A stretch of 64,000 nt of DNA, taken from Dimorphilus gyrociliatus (taxonomy: Eukaryota > Animalia > Annelida). The DNA is taken from positions 1,798,001 to 1,862,000 of the forward strand of contig CAJFCJ010000003.1 of the NCBI GenBank assembly GCA_904063045.1, given 5' to 3'. The notes under the pieces were generated by a model. It did not search any database. It was not told the DNA's origin and saw only the letters and a program-made list of their open reading frames with translations. The translations under genes were made by a program, and so were the position numbers. Shown here one piece after another: positions 1 through 15,020 of this stretch (its first letter is position 1; the number at the start of each line of letters is the position of its first letter).

Positions 1-1317
1 GGATCAGCGTACAAAAAACCAGAAAAATGAAGTCTGGGCCAACCAAGATAATTGGTACCGGAATATTTCGTAGCTGTACTTTCAAACATCTAAACTTTTA
101 CAACAGTAATTAGGAATAAATACCTTTACGACAAAAAAGAGCAAATTCATCTTCACCGCCTCTACAATTTGGTTTCTCATCGCATACTTCACTCCATTCA
201 ATACAATTTCCATCATAGCATTCAAATTCACAAGCTTTGTAAAATCTTATAAGAGATAATTATGCATAATCTTTGAGCTTACTTTTATTAAGGAACAAGT
301 TTGTTGATTTTCTTAGGAAACCTTCTTGTAAAAACTTTTGTTGGACTTTCAATTGAACGAAAATCCCTACCAGTATTGTGATGATAAAAAATAGAATTAC
401 ATAACTGTCAAAATTCAAAAAAGATAAAATCACTATATTAAAACGTTTCAGGTACCAACGTTAAGCGTGTTACAGATATAACCCTTTTTTTCTCCTCAGT
501 AGCGCTTTTCTGCATTTTCTATATCATAAACGAAATAAACTCTCTTGTAAGTTATTGTCTGTTGTACTATGTTATCACCAACATCAAACAAGACATCTTT
601 AGAAAATAATTTTTAGGTACGATAGAGTTAAAAAAACAGGACAATGGCATTGTTAATTCCACAACGTCTTATCAATTAGATAAGAAGTATGAGCCAAAAT
701 TTTGACATTACGCATTTTTAAGACAAACAATTAGTCGTAAAATTCATGATCAAATGTTGAAAAAATTACGGGCTTCTGACGACGTAAACATTCCTCAGCA
801 GTATTAATAGCTTAAATAGTAATGAGAAATAACCTAAAAGCTTTTAAAAATTAGTTCAGAAAGCAATATATGAACAAAAAAGTTATCAACAAATATGACC
901 CAAAGGTAAAAAATTTCTATTAGTTGTTCGGTTAATTCTCTTATATTTAGCTTTTATAGAAATTGCTTCAGGCAAATCGTAAACGAAAAGATTCAGATTG
1001 ACGTTTTATCTTGATAAACTTTGTCCTAATTTGTGACCAATCAATATTTTATTGTATGCGCTTTTATACTCGCTTATCGAATTGATATATATATATATAC
1101 CAACAGCAGGGATTTTCATCTAACAACTATTGTGAAAAATTATTAATTTGCCTTTCAAACTTATGTTTTTATCTTCTATTTAATAAAACGCGTCATGACT
1201 GTTATCTTGATTTAAAATACTATGATTTATTCTTCTTTTTGGCTCTTCAAATTTCGAAAGGTTCATTTTTATACTTCAATATATGTAACATTGTAAAAAC
1301 TCAGCAAAAGCAATATG

Positions 1318-1333
1318 AAGGCGCCATCTAATG
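1318..1333 (-). promoter_or_regulatory. CTCF-like motif
   Basis: Reverse complement reads TAGATGGCGCC, the CTCF core. Confidence 0.45.
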
Positions 1334-3146
1334 TTTTACGGCTGAGCGCTGAAACTTTGGTTTTCAGTTTAATATTAAGGTATTAGTAAAACGTTTTTGA
1401 TTATATTAAAAATATAAAGCATTTGAAATATTAACAAATCCCAAAGGGGTTTTTCATATAATCTTGGAAAATAAAACTTCTTATTTAAGAATATATAAAT
1501 ATGATTAGCTGGATATACTTTTATCCAAATCTTGCCGTAATTCTTATGAAAGTTATTTTTCCATAAAAAAAGATGTTGTGAACAAAAAGGAACAACGAAA
1601 AAGCCTTCTCTTTTTAGTTGTTATTAAGTTATACTTCCAGCCGAATATTTTTTTCCTGACTTCGTGTTTTTCATGAGCATATGTTTTCCATATAAATAAT
1701 ATACTATGTACTAAAAATAATACAAAAAATAGGAAGACGTTCAATTAAATAAAGATAACGCATTTGCAGCTCAATCAAAACAGTATTTCTTTTAAAACCA
1801 CCCAAACGATATACTTATTTTCAAATTTGAATACCTATTTGTCATCATTTCGAAAAAGCACATAATTTATTATAACCAAGTGATAAATAGATTATGATAT
1901 TATTGTTTTCTTTATACTTTCAATAAAAAATATTTGTAGTGGTTGGTTTAGCGTTGAGTGTTTTGTTTTGTTGACAAATTTACCAAGCCAAGACAATTTA
2001 TCCTGTGAAAGAGAGTTTCAGTAGAGTGTAATTATTATGCGATACAAAGGTTGTTGATGGATCATCTAAGACGTCACTGGACGTAATTTTTATTTATTCT
2101 TTTTGCAATTAAATTAATAAATGAAGATTGATTATTCAAATAACTTTTTAGTTATTCGTCTTCAAGTAAGAGTAGCAGTTGAAATGACCAAAAACACCTC
2201 ATAATACTTTCTGACAATTGCATCATACGGATTGCTCCAGATAAGGAACAGCTAAAACGTTTTTTAAAGCCTTAAGCGTTATTCCAAAGAGACTTTATTT
2301 CATCAGGAATGTTCGATTTTCTAAAATTCAATAACCCACTTTTTGGGTATTATGTAATTCCACGTTCTATATTTCGTGACAGAAGTGGTTTTACATTTCA
2401 CTATGATTTGTCTGAGGAAACCCTTTTTATTATAAAATAAATAGTTTAAGGCAATAGCTATGTTCCAGTCTCACCTTTTCTACAAATCTTTTGCTTGGAA
2501 AAATCTGTTTCTACAACTCATATTTATTAACGCGCTGATTACACTACTTAAACAAAAATGCACAATTCACAATAGAAGAGTATAAAATTAATAGTTTTCT
2601 GTGATAGTTGTCGTGGTCGACCAATCCTAATGTGCTCCTTTGTGTATAAGCAGCTGCAGGCTTTCGAAAATTTATTAGCGAATGAAGAAGCACTAATGGT
2701 TGAAACTGATGTAAGTATATATCAATATATACTCCGCAACAGACAGATAAAGAAAAAGCTATTGCTAAAGAGGTAGCTATTTTTACTTCATATTACGCTT
2801 GACGTTTAAATGAAGCTAATTCTAACTGCAAACAGTCGACCTCTTTTTCGAGCAACGAATAAAATAAAAAGAACAGGAAACAATTAGTTTCGTGGCTACT
2901 CGAATGGAAATTAAATTAACAAGGATTTGAGGATGAATTTTTAAACTTTTCTTCTTGGATATTAAAGGATCGCCGATAAATTTTGTCACTAGAGTGAACA
3001 GAGATTTCAGTCTAGTGATTTACAATTTTTTACCTCAATACGTCTTGATATTGCGACGGTCATTTTTAAAGGTCATATAAATGTCGCAGCAACGCCTTTC
3101 CATGTTGAGCAGCGGCACCTAAATCTAGCTGTCAAGGCATATAGCC

Positions 3147-3160
3147 GTCGCCACCTACTG
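3147..3160 (-). promoter_or_regulatory. CTCF-like motif upstream of the tyramine receptor
   Basis: Reverse complement CAGTAGGTGGCGAC. A second weaker site, TAGGTGCCGCT, is at 3111-3123. Confidence 0.45.
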
Positions 3161-4274
3161 ATCTAATAAATTATCGGTTAATAGTATCACGTGATTTCAT
3201 GGTTTAGTAAAGGTTGGGTGGTGTGAACGAATGGTAGATAACGAGCGCCTCAGATATTGCAAAGAGATGCGCAACAAAAGAGACCCAGCATGACGATGCA
3301 TTGCTCAAAATGGTTCTATTGACAAGCTCGTCAAGTCATTTTCACCAAGCGACGCTCGACGCTGGTTTCATTATCAGCCCGCTTTCCTCTTTCTTCTTTC
3401 ACCAGTCATTCAATAAAACAGTGTTGTCGGACATAATCCTTAGCGAAATGAAAGTATGCATAATGCACAGCCTGCTGTCAGTATAGCATATATTGTCAAC
3501 TTCCTCTTAATGTTTTTCTTCTCTTTTCTTCTATTCCATGTAGGCATTTCCTTTGCCACAGGATTTCCCTCACAATTTCAAATGTACAATTTCAGTAAAG
3601 AAGCCTACTCATTACGCCATCGAGCTGCATTGCTGTTATTTTCTGCTCCAACGTCCTACCAGCTGAAAAAAAGAAGCAAATTTACCAGATCGATAGCATC
3701 CTATCATTAGGCGCCTTTCCCGATTCCAGCTGAAAGTTTAATTACTCGCATGTTCGCAAAATGATTGCGTTCCGGTGAGAAGAAGCTTAAGGAAGGAAAT
3801 AGTGATTCCTACATCTGTTATGGAATACGGCCCTCATATCAAAACAAATTAGCAATCTTGCGAGAAACATCGCGTGCTTTCCGAATTTACGCTGCAACAA
3901 ATGTATATCGCGTAAATGCAATTTGATAGACGCGAGCGTGCAATTGATTTCCTTTCCAAAACTTTTAGAATCTTTCACAAAATTTATGGAATGTATTTAT
4001 GAATGCATAAATTATTACGTCTATATAGTCTTTTATTAAATGATGCATCTATTTGTTAATAAATTTATTCTTTTTGTGTTGATCAAAAGCAAATAGCACT
4101 GTTATTAAATAGAGAAACCAATAGTTATTCGTAATATATTCTATCAAAACTAAATACCCTCAGCGACACCTTTTGGACGACAAACTCTAATGGTTTGCAG
4201 ATGCGGTTTGATTACTGGTTTGTAGCCTGCTATAAATGACGGATTCCTAATCACCTGCAACCGTCTAAGCGGAA

Positions 4275-5581
4275 ATGAACTCGACAATATTTCCGTCTTC
4301 GGATTACGACTCGACAACATGGACCAACTTTCCTTTTTATAACTGCTCTGACTGCTTCGGTCCGACTGTTGTGGAAACAGAAGATGAAGTTTTGAGTATG
4401 AGCTTGGCTGAGGCCATTACTTTTGCAATCCTCATGTCGGCCTGCATCTGTGCGACTGTTATTGGTAACATTCTCGTTGTCCTCTCTGTCTTCACCTATA
4501 GGCCTTTAAGAGGTGTACAAAACTTTTTTATTGTCTCTCTAGCTGTTGCTGATCTTGCGGTTGCTGGTCTCGTTATGCCTTTTAATGTAGCAAACTTTAT
4601 CTTAGGTTATTGGGTTTTCGGTAGCGTTTTCTGTGATATGTGGCTAACTTTTGACATTTTAACCTGCACTGCCAGTATCTTAAATTTATGTGCAATTGCT
4701 CTAGATCGCTATTATGCTATTCATGACCCTATCAATTACGCACAAAAGAGGACACTGAAACGAGTCCTGATTACAATATCAATAGTTTGGGTGGCTTCAT
4801 CGATCATCAGTGTTCCTCCTATTCTTGGCTGGAACAACAAATCAGGGAGTTTACTTGATGAAAAAACCGGTGTTTGTCAACTAACCGACGAGAAAGGATT
4901 TGTTATTTATTCTGCTTCTGGTTCATTCTTTATACCATTGCTGATAATGACATTTGTGTATTGCAAAATTTTCATTGCGACTCGCCGACGCCTTCGAGAA
5001 AGAGCGAAGGCCGCATCAGCAGCTAAATTTGCAGCAGCTACAGGTAAAAGTCTTCCCAGTAGTAAAACTACAGCTCAAGAAGCGAGTTCTACCGAATCAC
5101 CTGAAGATACGCAAGAAACGCTCAATTCTACTCCTCAGCCACATCGTTCGAGAACAAAGTTACTCCCAAGCTCTGATCAAAACAACACTGAACCTACTAC
5201 AAATACGTCTGCTGTTCAAGTTCACCAATTCTTGGAAGAAAAGCAAAAGATCTCATTGTCAAGAGAGCGACGAGCAGCAAGAACATTGGGTATTATTATG
5301 GGTGTGTTTGTTCTTTGCTGGTTACCATTTTTTCTCATGTACGTATGGTTTTCTTTTACAATTTAATGTAACAAGAAAATTAAAGATTTACTTTCATTAG
5401 GTATGTTATCTTTCCTTTCTGTAAATCCTGTGCTGAAACGGATTCGAGGGCTGTCAACTTCATAGTATGGCTAGGATATATTAATTCAGCTCTAAATCCT
5501 GTAATCTACACAGTTTTCAACATAGACTTTAGAAGAGCCTTCCAGAAATTGTTGTTTGGTAAGTGTAATAGTCGATTATGA
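4275..5581 (+). CDS. Tyramine type-1 (Oct/TyrR-like) biogenic amine GPCR, 2 coding exons (4275-5338, 5401-5581)
   Basis: 7TM class A motifs: TM3 Asp ([22 protein letters not shown]), TM5 [12 protein letters not shown]6 [10 protein letters not shown] 62-nt GTACGT..ATTAG intron joins to [31 protein letters not shown], stop at 5579-5581. Subtype assigned from recalled similarity to invertebrate tyramine-1 receptors. Confidence 0.85.
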
Positions 5582-8500
5582 ACGCTTAAAAACTAAAGGA
5601 TGCTGAATGCTCATTAACGTTGAATTTTTCTTGTGGATAATTTTTTAAAGCCTATCTTGAAAACTTGATTAATTATATAAAAGTAACAGCAGTTGCTACT
5701 GATCATTATATTCAAGCGTGTACAGTACTGGAGCAGATGATGTGCAAATTTGTGTGTCGTGCAAAATCATAAATGATTACACTATTATTAATTGACTCCA
5801 ATCACATTTAGTACATTAGCTATAATATGATTCTTCTGTATTTATGACAATTAGAATCAATTCACAACCAACAGAAGCTAAATTGAAGTTCGTAAGCTGA
5901 TATTTTTGATCTTCTTAAAACACATTGAGCGATTTATATTGAGTTTTCAGCGGGTAATGTTCGGCCATTTAATCTTGATGAGAGCGGTGAAGTATTCTAT
6001 ATATATGATGACAGTTTTTTTATCAAGTGCAATAAGAAAATGATGAATTCAGGTTGGAATTTTAAATGTAAAAGCATATAAATGCTGAAGGCTTTAAATT
6101 TATGGTTTCTATGCTGTAAAATATGTTCTGATATAATTATTCAAGCATTTAGTTTTATTGTAAACTACATTCACTCCTACCCACTTCTAAGAGTCATTCC
6201 TGATAGTTGGAAACGACTTTTTATCACTTTCTTCTTGAATTGCTTTACTCAAGATGATAAGAATAGTAACTGAAGCCTTCATTCTTTATCTCATATTCTA
6301 AAACTTATCGGAAGCTTTTTAAAGTAGAAAAGGTTATCGGGTTATATTCTTGGGAAAACTGCAATTTCAATATCTGTCCTTGTAAATGTCGAAAACTCAA
6401 CTCTACGATATTTGAAAAGATCGAAGAATCAGAAACTTAGACTACATCGTAGAAAATCTGAATTATATTGATGCCACCTCAAGCGTCACCTGCAGCGGTT
6501 TTAGGCATGCATGAAGCGTCACTGAGTTCCACTATAGGCCTATAACTTGTCCGGTTTAATCGTAAATTCTTCGAACATTGCATTCTAAAAAATCAGTAGT
6601 ATAATTCTCGTACATTATGTAATGCTGGTTTTCTAGCTATAATCTTAAATCAGCTTAAATTTGTATAAAAGTACAAATTTAATAGTATTAAAAAGAAACA
6701 CTAATAGTGTATGTTTGCTATAGTATCCTACAATGTAGAGTATAATAGTATAGTTTTTTCTTTATTAATTGAATGGCTCTATACAAGATATTAAGTAGAA
6801 ACTAATTGTTGGTATATTTTCAGTAAATGAAATGTGGTTTCAAAGATGAATAAGTTCAATTAGAAATTCTAACGATTAATCGATCAATAGTGAAAAGAAT
6901 TTATTCTTTTACAGCTTTACTAAGAATATTAGAATATCGATGTTTTCCCACAACAGCTTTTTTTTGTTTAAAACACCCATTTATTAATTAAAGATGGCAT
7001 GGTTTATAATATGTTATGTATATGATTCTGTTCAATAGCTCCTATAAAGCCAATTAGAATTTAGCTCTACATTATACCTGACGTGCCTAATTGGCCTCAG
7101 ATATACAGGCGGCTGTTTATCACATCCCATAAACTCCAGTAACTGACAAACTTCACAATGCTTGAAAATATAAACTCGGCATAAATAATAGTGACAACTA
7201 AAAAGTAGGCTAGAACTGGCTAACTCACTCTTATCCTAAATTATAGACTTAAGAGAAATACATTTGTTGATAAGAGAAAACTCAATTTTTAGACCTTATA
7301 TAGTAGCATCCCCGATGTTTTTATAAGTGACTTCCAAAGTATTTTCCGCTGACTTTTAGTGGTCTACTAATTCGGATGATTATCACAGCAGCTGAAAAAG
7401 ATCATATCTAAAGTTTCAGTAAATAAAAAGTCAAATCTACAAAAACCGATTAAGTCAAATTGACCTAATTTTTTCTTAAACGCGTGAAATCATCGAAGAA
7501 AAGGTTTGGAGCATTGAGAACAAAAAGAATGTATAAAGCTTGGTCTAATGAAAGCTTCACGAAATCATTCTTTGTCGAAAGTTAGCTTTGAAGACGGGAA
7601 CGCAAAGTAATTCGATATAGAATGAACCATGCCCGCCAACTGCAATGGCGTTTCTAAATCGATGCAGTATACCTTGAAGTTCATTGGAAGAAAGATTGTT
7701 CGGCTTCTGTATAAAATGAGAAGGCAATTTCATGCCATTGCCTCAAGTTTGTTGATTCGTACAACATACAGATAGGCATGGGAGTCAAAGTTCTCTTGAT
7801 TGAAGTTGAAACTTTCCCAAATTGACTTAAAGCAAACTTTTAGAAATTATCTACGCAATAAACTAATACAATTAAACAAAACTAAAACATGGTTCCACAT
7901 AACTTAATTAATAATAACATCTATATATAAACCAATGGATGACTTAGATGGTCGTTTGACATTTCTTTGCAAGGTGAGAAATTCTAAAGCAGTTTCAAGA
8001 AAAAACAAATCTATGCAATTGAGAGTGGTTTCAACTTAACAAAATTTCTATTCCCTATTTAATCATATTGTCTGTACACAAAAGGCTTTATGCTCTTTGG
8101 CCGAAAAACTTTTTCAGTCAGCAATCAAGAGTCAATCAAAAGAGAGTATAGAATATGAAATGCCAACGCGTCTGTAAACACCAGGACTATTTCCCAAACG
8201 GCAACGCTTCCAGCCTTATATTATTGGATAATTTAGAGAATCGTATACGCCAATAGCAACAAACCTAACCCCATACGTTCACACGCTAATTTACGTTCTT
8301 CAATAGAGTGAATCATACCATTAAGTAAATTTTTTTCAGAAAAGCGAAAAAAAACTAAAATTTTCTCTTTCTTTTCAGGTAATCGATATATCTTTGGCTA
8401 TTGGTCATTGAACGGTTGGCGCACTAAAGCAGCTATCAATGAGAAATGGTGCCATTGGCAGAATCTTATCCTAAATGCAGTTTTTTTTCCGAACAAATGT

Positions 8501-11500
8501 CGGCTTGATAATAATATTGTTTTAGAAGTATTTATAAAGAAAGTATTTGGTGGAATTACACTATAATGATTTTTGTTTTCTAACTCTTTTTACAGACTAC
8601 ACTTCTTCTCTTTCGGGATTTATGGAAAAAAAGATCTAGATTAAAAACATTTAAGCACTTGTGATTATTAATTTTTGTTTATTATGAACCTTTCAAAGTT
8701 CATGTGAACCTAAATGGTATGTAATTGCCGGAAATTACACGAAAAAGGAAAAGAAAAATTGATTTCACCTCTAAGAGATAATAAAAAGAAAATGTTTCTT
8801 AAAATACATGCACAGCTGAGGAACATTTTGGTTTGACATAAAATTAATCTTATAAACATTATCGATTTCAGAAATTTTGGGAAAAACACAACACTTAAAT
8901 ATATACTACGATCTGTTCTGTTTTTGACATAACAATAATACTATGATAGAGTTTATTACCTCATATCTGACAAACTAATCCGAATCGCAATCCTCATTAA
9001 TTTTGTCTTATTATTTTAGCAAAAATAGTTAGAGAATTATGTATAATTGTTTTCTTGTTTTCTATACATAGCATTTGTAAAAAAAATACGTAAAAAATTT
9101 CTTTTCCCTAATATGGAAGAAAATGAGTAAAATGAAACGAAAAAAATATAATGTTATGATGTAATTTTTTTGTCATAACGTTTTTGAAAAAGCCAAAGAT
9201 TTAGATACTAGGTGTCGAATAACGCCATCTGGAGCATTTATTAGACCTTCCTGTATAATATATATTTAAAATGAAAGCTTCCGTGTATGGTGTTTTCGTA
9301 GATGTCACCATTAATCATTTGAAAAAGCGAATATATTTTTTTGTTGGAAATCCTTGGGTCAAATAGTTCATTTAATTAAAGAACACAACAGATCGTCGAA
9401 TTTTTTAAGGCAAAGGTCATTTTCCACCCCAATGATAAATTTCCCTTTTTCGATGCATGTTTTCACGCCATTACATCATTTCAAGCTTTAAAATTTCGAA
9501 GTCATTCTTTTTTCTTTTCTTTAGGATTAACACCTCTCTTACAATTGCAAAGAAGAGTAATTTCGTCTACCGAAATGAATAGCAACGATAATAATACAGT
9601 CGCTGACAATTCATGCTGATTAGTCAAACGAAATAAGGAAGGCGTTAAAAAATTGTCACTATGTCTCATGGGTCTGTGTAAAGAAAATCTTGTTACATCT
9701 CTTCATTTTCCATCAACTTAGATGTCAAATTGTATAGGCCCAAGTTTGCTTAGAACGACGGACTGAATTATCTGAAAGTATATCGAGCTCTTGAAAAACT
9801 TGATATAAATAAATCTCTTCTGAAGACAAACTGTTTGTACAGCAAGTATTGCTCGTGTAAACATGCCCAGCGTGCGTCAGCCTACGGATATAGAAAATTT
9901 TACTCGTTTGCCTAACTCTTTTTGGCGGACTGTTTTTTAATCATTATCAGACTTCTCAATCAGCACCAAACCGCCTTGCAGACGTCGATAACGCAAAAAA
10001 TTACGAGCGTGGAATACGAAATACCGTTGACAAACATGTTGAGAATCAAAAAAATATCGAGTATTCTATCTTTTTTCTTATCTCCAAGTTGTGATTAAGA
10101 TAGTAGTATATATTTTGTTGCTAAGTGCAAAGCTGCTTTTAATTTTGGTCAAGATTTGCAATCTTTTTTCGTCCAGAAGAAAGTTTAATTAAACCGCGAT
10201 GCGAATGTAAATTTACTACACGAATAGACATTAAATAAGATCTGATTGTAAAATTTAATGTCCATCATTCTCTCAATGGTTAGTCAAAATTAATACGTTT
10301 ATAATAATAGTTTTATAAGAAGATAACTAAATTTTTAAAGATAAATATTTTTTCTTACAATTAATTACAAGTCTTTCATTAATACCCAACCACTATGAGA
10401 TCGACCATGAAAAAGAAGACTGAAGTATGGGTCTATTAACATCACCTTCATCAGTATCCATCTACATCACAAATTAAAATAATAGCGACAAGGTCCCTTG
10501 ATGGCAATAAATTATATATACTCATGCACGCGTCAACGCGTTTCAACCTTTCGGTACAAAATATTCCTGATTTTTCTTCGTGGCTACGAAACGAGCTAGC
10601 CGGCGCCTTGGGCCCAGGTAATAGATGGAGAAGGTTAAAGGCTGCTTGAAGATGTACTTCATAGAAACTCTTATTTTAACCGAGCTTAATTTATTATTTT
10701 GAAGGCTATTACCAATCTATTTGGGATGAATGTATAATTCCTAGTTTTAATTTGATATTATCTGTATTCGTTATTTCTTATCTATTTTTAAGAAAAAAAT
10801 GTCTGTTTTTTTATTTGTTTGTAGTCAATTTGTATAATGTGTGTTTATATTGTTAAATGGGCTTTCAGAAAAAATTCATATGAATAATGACGTCTATATA
10901 TTAATTATCTTATTTCATTAATTATGTTTAGAGTTTCATTAGCAGTAGTCACTGAATTCCCTAAAAGATACTTAAATTTTCGTTTTTCGCTTTTCCAAAA
11001 ACAGATTTTTTAACAGGTATCCTTCACATCTATCTTTCAATCCTTCGAAAGAGAGAGTTCGAAAGAGATATTTGAAGGCAAGAGTGAAAGATGAAGACGA
11101 ATGTTTTACATGCAAAAGGCACTATATCGATAGTCATGGAACTCTTCTAAAGCCAACTTGAAATCATAAGGGGCTACTTTGAAAAAGAAATAGAGCTGAC
11201 TTATGCTTCAGTGCTTTAATTTTTAAAATTTTTTTTTAATTTTACCTAATACAGAGAACGAGAATTTTCTTTTTCACTTGTTGAGAAGGATTAGTTTTGT
11301 TTAACCAAAAGAGTGAGTATATTATACAATATATGTAATTCTATATTGTAACTCTTGTGGGATAGAAAAAATTCCTTAAATATTTTTTTACTACTTAGAA
11401 TAACAGTTTTTTAATTTCTTTTTCCTCTCAACTATAAAATATTTTCCCCAGATTTACCGTTAAACTTAAATAAATTCTTAAGATAATCTGAATAGCAGTA

Positions 11501-14500
11501 TGTTTGTTGATTAGTAAATATTCGATTAAAAAAATACGCAGTTTTTTTTTAATTAAACCTTTAAGTCGGCTTTCAAAATTTTGTTCTTTCACATCTTTTC
11601 AAATATTCAATTTGTTCAAATACGTATAAAACTTAACGAACACTTTTTTTTATAGCTGAATGAGGCTGCTTCTAGAAAAAAATATAGCATAATGATACAA
11701 TTAATCTCTTTCCTTAAACCTAATTTTCTCATTGGTAAGCAAAGGCTACAGAAAATACATAGGCCTATTAATGATTCTTTTATTTAAAGTGACTTTGGTA
11801 ATTTACCAGAGCCTATTTCTTGGTATTTTTCGTTGCTGAACTTTTTGTATCGACAGATATTCTCTATCACTTTATAATTCTTTGCTCTATTTCTTCAAAT
11901 GTAAACCATGATAGATAATTTGAGATTTCAACTTTTTATCATTTTCTCTGTCTTCAATAAACATAATTAATATAATATAGCCAACAACTTGAAAAACAAA
12001 CCTTTAGTACAGAGTTTTCGTTTGGAATTTTCTTTGAAGTATTCCATTGTAAATTGAATTTGACACCCAATGAAATATCACCATAATTAACTCATTGACG
12101 ACTGATAAGTTTAATCTATCAGGAAAAATATAGTCTCTCAATAGTATTAAATCATAGATTTTAAATTATTTCATTGTCCTTAATAAGGACTACATTAGAT
12201 GTTTTTACTATTTTTTTAATTCACATTATACACAATCTCTTTAAATATTTTTACATCTATTCTCATTACGATATGTAGGTAAGAATGTATCTTATAAGAA
12301 TTTTTTTTTATAGAGTGTAAATGTATACAGATATAAATTGAGTGAAAGCTGATTGGCTCATCGCGCCGTCTCTAACTAAAACCGACGTCATAAGGACTCG
12401 AGTATTTAGTTCAACGCCACAAAAATGCTGCTGCGACCGAATTTATTTGCTAAGTGTAAATATGAAAAATATTAGCGGATTATGAGAAGTGAAGAAGAAA
12501 AAAGGTATGGTTTTCAGTTATTTATCATGAATTTATTTTGCTTTTTAGTGCTTTGAGGGTGAAATATGCAGATGATAGAAATGCTTCAATATTTATCTGC
12601 AATTTCCTTATCTGTCAATCCATTAGCACTGATTCTTTAGAGATATTCCGAAAAGTGTATCTTTTCTACAGTCTGGACAACTTCATCCGCTCAATAGATC
12701 TCGGAAGTCGGGCAATCGAAGGGCTTGCCGAGAATCAATTCGTCAATTTTCTAAGACTTTTTTAACGCAAATATTGCATAATCTTACCCAAATGATAAAG
12801 TTTTTAATAATTTGGTCAAACAAGTTGTTTTTCTATTTGTAAGTTGATAAAATTTGAGTTTTTTCGAAAATTCATGACATATGCTCACATAATCATGTTC
12901 CCGAGGCCATGTAAGCAAGCACATAATGATACGATGCTTTTTATTTGAAGAATGTGCCAATATATAAAAGCTTCATCGGCAGAATTATATTCGGACGTAT
13001 GCATCTTCTTGCATCGATTGACATTTAAGCGGTTTCCCACACTCACATCTTTCAAGCAGAGTCGAGCGTTCTTCTGAGGCTATCGCCCGACGTTTATCGC
13101 ACCTGCCGATGCCAATTTTTTCGTGAACTATACGCTGATTTTATCTCTTCTAGATAAGAGTTGAAAAAGAAACTCTGTTAGTTGAAGAATGTATGTTTAG
13201 ATCTACCATGCACACTGTTGTACCTACATGGATCCGTGATCCGATTAGAAAGTGGAAAAGTATACCGTAAAACTAATTATACTATCGCGCGAGTATATAC
13301 GGATAGTTTGTCCTTGTAATTATGCAGTAAGTGCGACTCGGTGTATCCTGATTTAGTTAAATTAGCCTTTCGAATCTAGATTCAACTTGGCACGAATGTT
13401 AATCAAGGAAAGTAGCATTCGATTGCTGTGTGAATTACGCTAACAGACGTTTTCTCTTTGTAAGTTCTTTTCATTTAAAAAAAGGTCAATTATAGAAAAT
13501 GTTTCCTTGAGATACATATAACAGAAGGAAATTAGGAATGTTATATTTTTTCAGTTTATGTACATATCACATATTCTAAAGCAGCTCACGTATGCAGTAA
13601 ATGAATGATATAACTATTGGTCTTTTTTTCCCATAAAACTTATTCCTATGTTTTAGCTTCGTAAAAAATATTTATATTATTACACTCACTTTTAAATTTT
13701 AGGAACTCGTTCACTTATTTCCAATGATTAATCAATGAATGTTTTCAATGTTTCTCAGCACGATTTCTAAAAGCTCGACGTTTTTCAATCTAACATTGTT
13801 CAATAACATTATAGAAAATTTCAACACCATTTGTTTCTACCGAAAAGCTAGCTGCACGTAATGGTATTCAGCAGAAGAACGCCCAAAAAAATGATATTTC
13901 CTTTTATTAATATTTTATATTACCCTATATTGCAGGAAACATCTGGTAAAAAATGGAAAAAATTTATGATTTTATAGAATGTTTTTTTATATTAGTATAA
14001 ACCTATTAAAATATGTATATTAACATGTTGTTGTCTCTTTATTAAGTTGTAATTTCTACAGATTTTTTGAAAATTGTGATATCGAAATGTTATACATATA
14101 AAATTGAGCAAAAGTTTAATTTATAGCTTCATCTCTAATCTAAAAATAGTTTGATGATTTTGTAAGTGAAGTATATAAAGTACGTTTACTGACAACGTCA
14201 TACATATATCTTGAACAAACAAATCGTGAGAATGCCGCAGGCACCTTTTAATTCTATGTATTTATTTTGTTATATATACCAGTTAACATATTGAGTGCTT
14301 AAGTATAAGTATCAGACGATAAAAATCAATAACTGCTTTCCAAATTTGATTTTCGTCAACAAAAATATCGTATTAAGAACATACATAATATCAAGCTTGA
14401 TTTATGTTCTTGGATTTTCATGAGTCAATAATCTATTTAAAAATTTTATAGAATTTTCAATTTAAAAAAAGGTATATAATTTGCTTTCGTCTTGAGTAAG

Positions 14501-15020
14501 TAGACTGTTTCATTATATATAGATATCAATACGTTTCATTCCAATCATCGTACTTCGCCACACACATCCATCACAGCACGTAAATTACTTGATAGTTTTT
14601 TCGCTGATGTAGTCAAAAGGAAAATTGACTTAATATAACTTTTAACACTAAAATTCTTAATCTGATTTCGTTCTTCTCGTTTTTTTCACAACCTCCACAC
14701 GACAGACTTTTAAGAAAAGACTGATATGAAAATCATCAGTTTTTAAAGAAGTTTAAATAGGTATTTGCAATTGACCAAAAGGCAAAACGCATAATCATTT
14801 ATGTACATTGTTTATTACTTTGTGACAATATCTGTAAACGCAATTGACAATAATTGACGACTAAGGTAAATAATTCGGAATATCAGAATTCTTAGGGGAA
14901 GGTGATAAATTTTACATTGTTGAATAAAAAATATATAAGCTTTCCTTAAGATTTAGATCTTTCAATTTTACAGGTAAAGGTTTTTAAAGAGATGGCAATG
15001 TTTGTGTCCTGAAACACAAT

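Noticed and set aside
2889-10587. Shared 11-mer TTCGTGGCTAC at 2889 and 10577, upstream of both amine receptors
   Set aside because: Many 11-mer repeats are expected by chance in this much sequence.
11021-11078. Imperfect hairpin (15 of 18 paired) resembling a pre-miRNA
   Set aside because: Low-complexity pyrimidine and purine arms, a large loop and no match to any miRNA I recognise.
1553-12765. Short ORFs in the track (1553, 3301, 3456, 3787, 6082, 12538)
   Set aside because: AT-rich, no recognisable domains or splice partners, and several start at non-ATG codons; likely UTR or intergenic noise.
14686-14696. TCACAACCTCC matches the 5' part of miR-67/307
   Set aside because: The match ends after 11 nt and there is no complementary arm.
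11017-14973. U12-type donor-like GTATCCTT at 11017 and branch-like TTCCTTAAG at 14942 upstream of the alpha2 receptor
   Set aside because: Neither matches the full consensus, and the same donor-like word occurs by chance inside coding sequence (about 15600) and antisense to BRWD.
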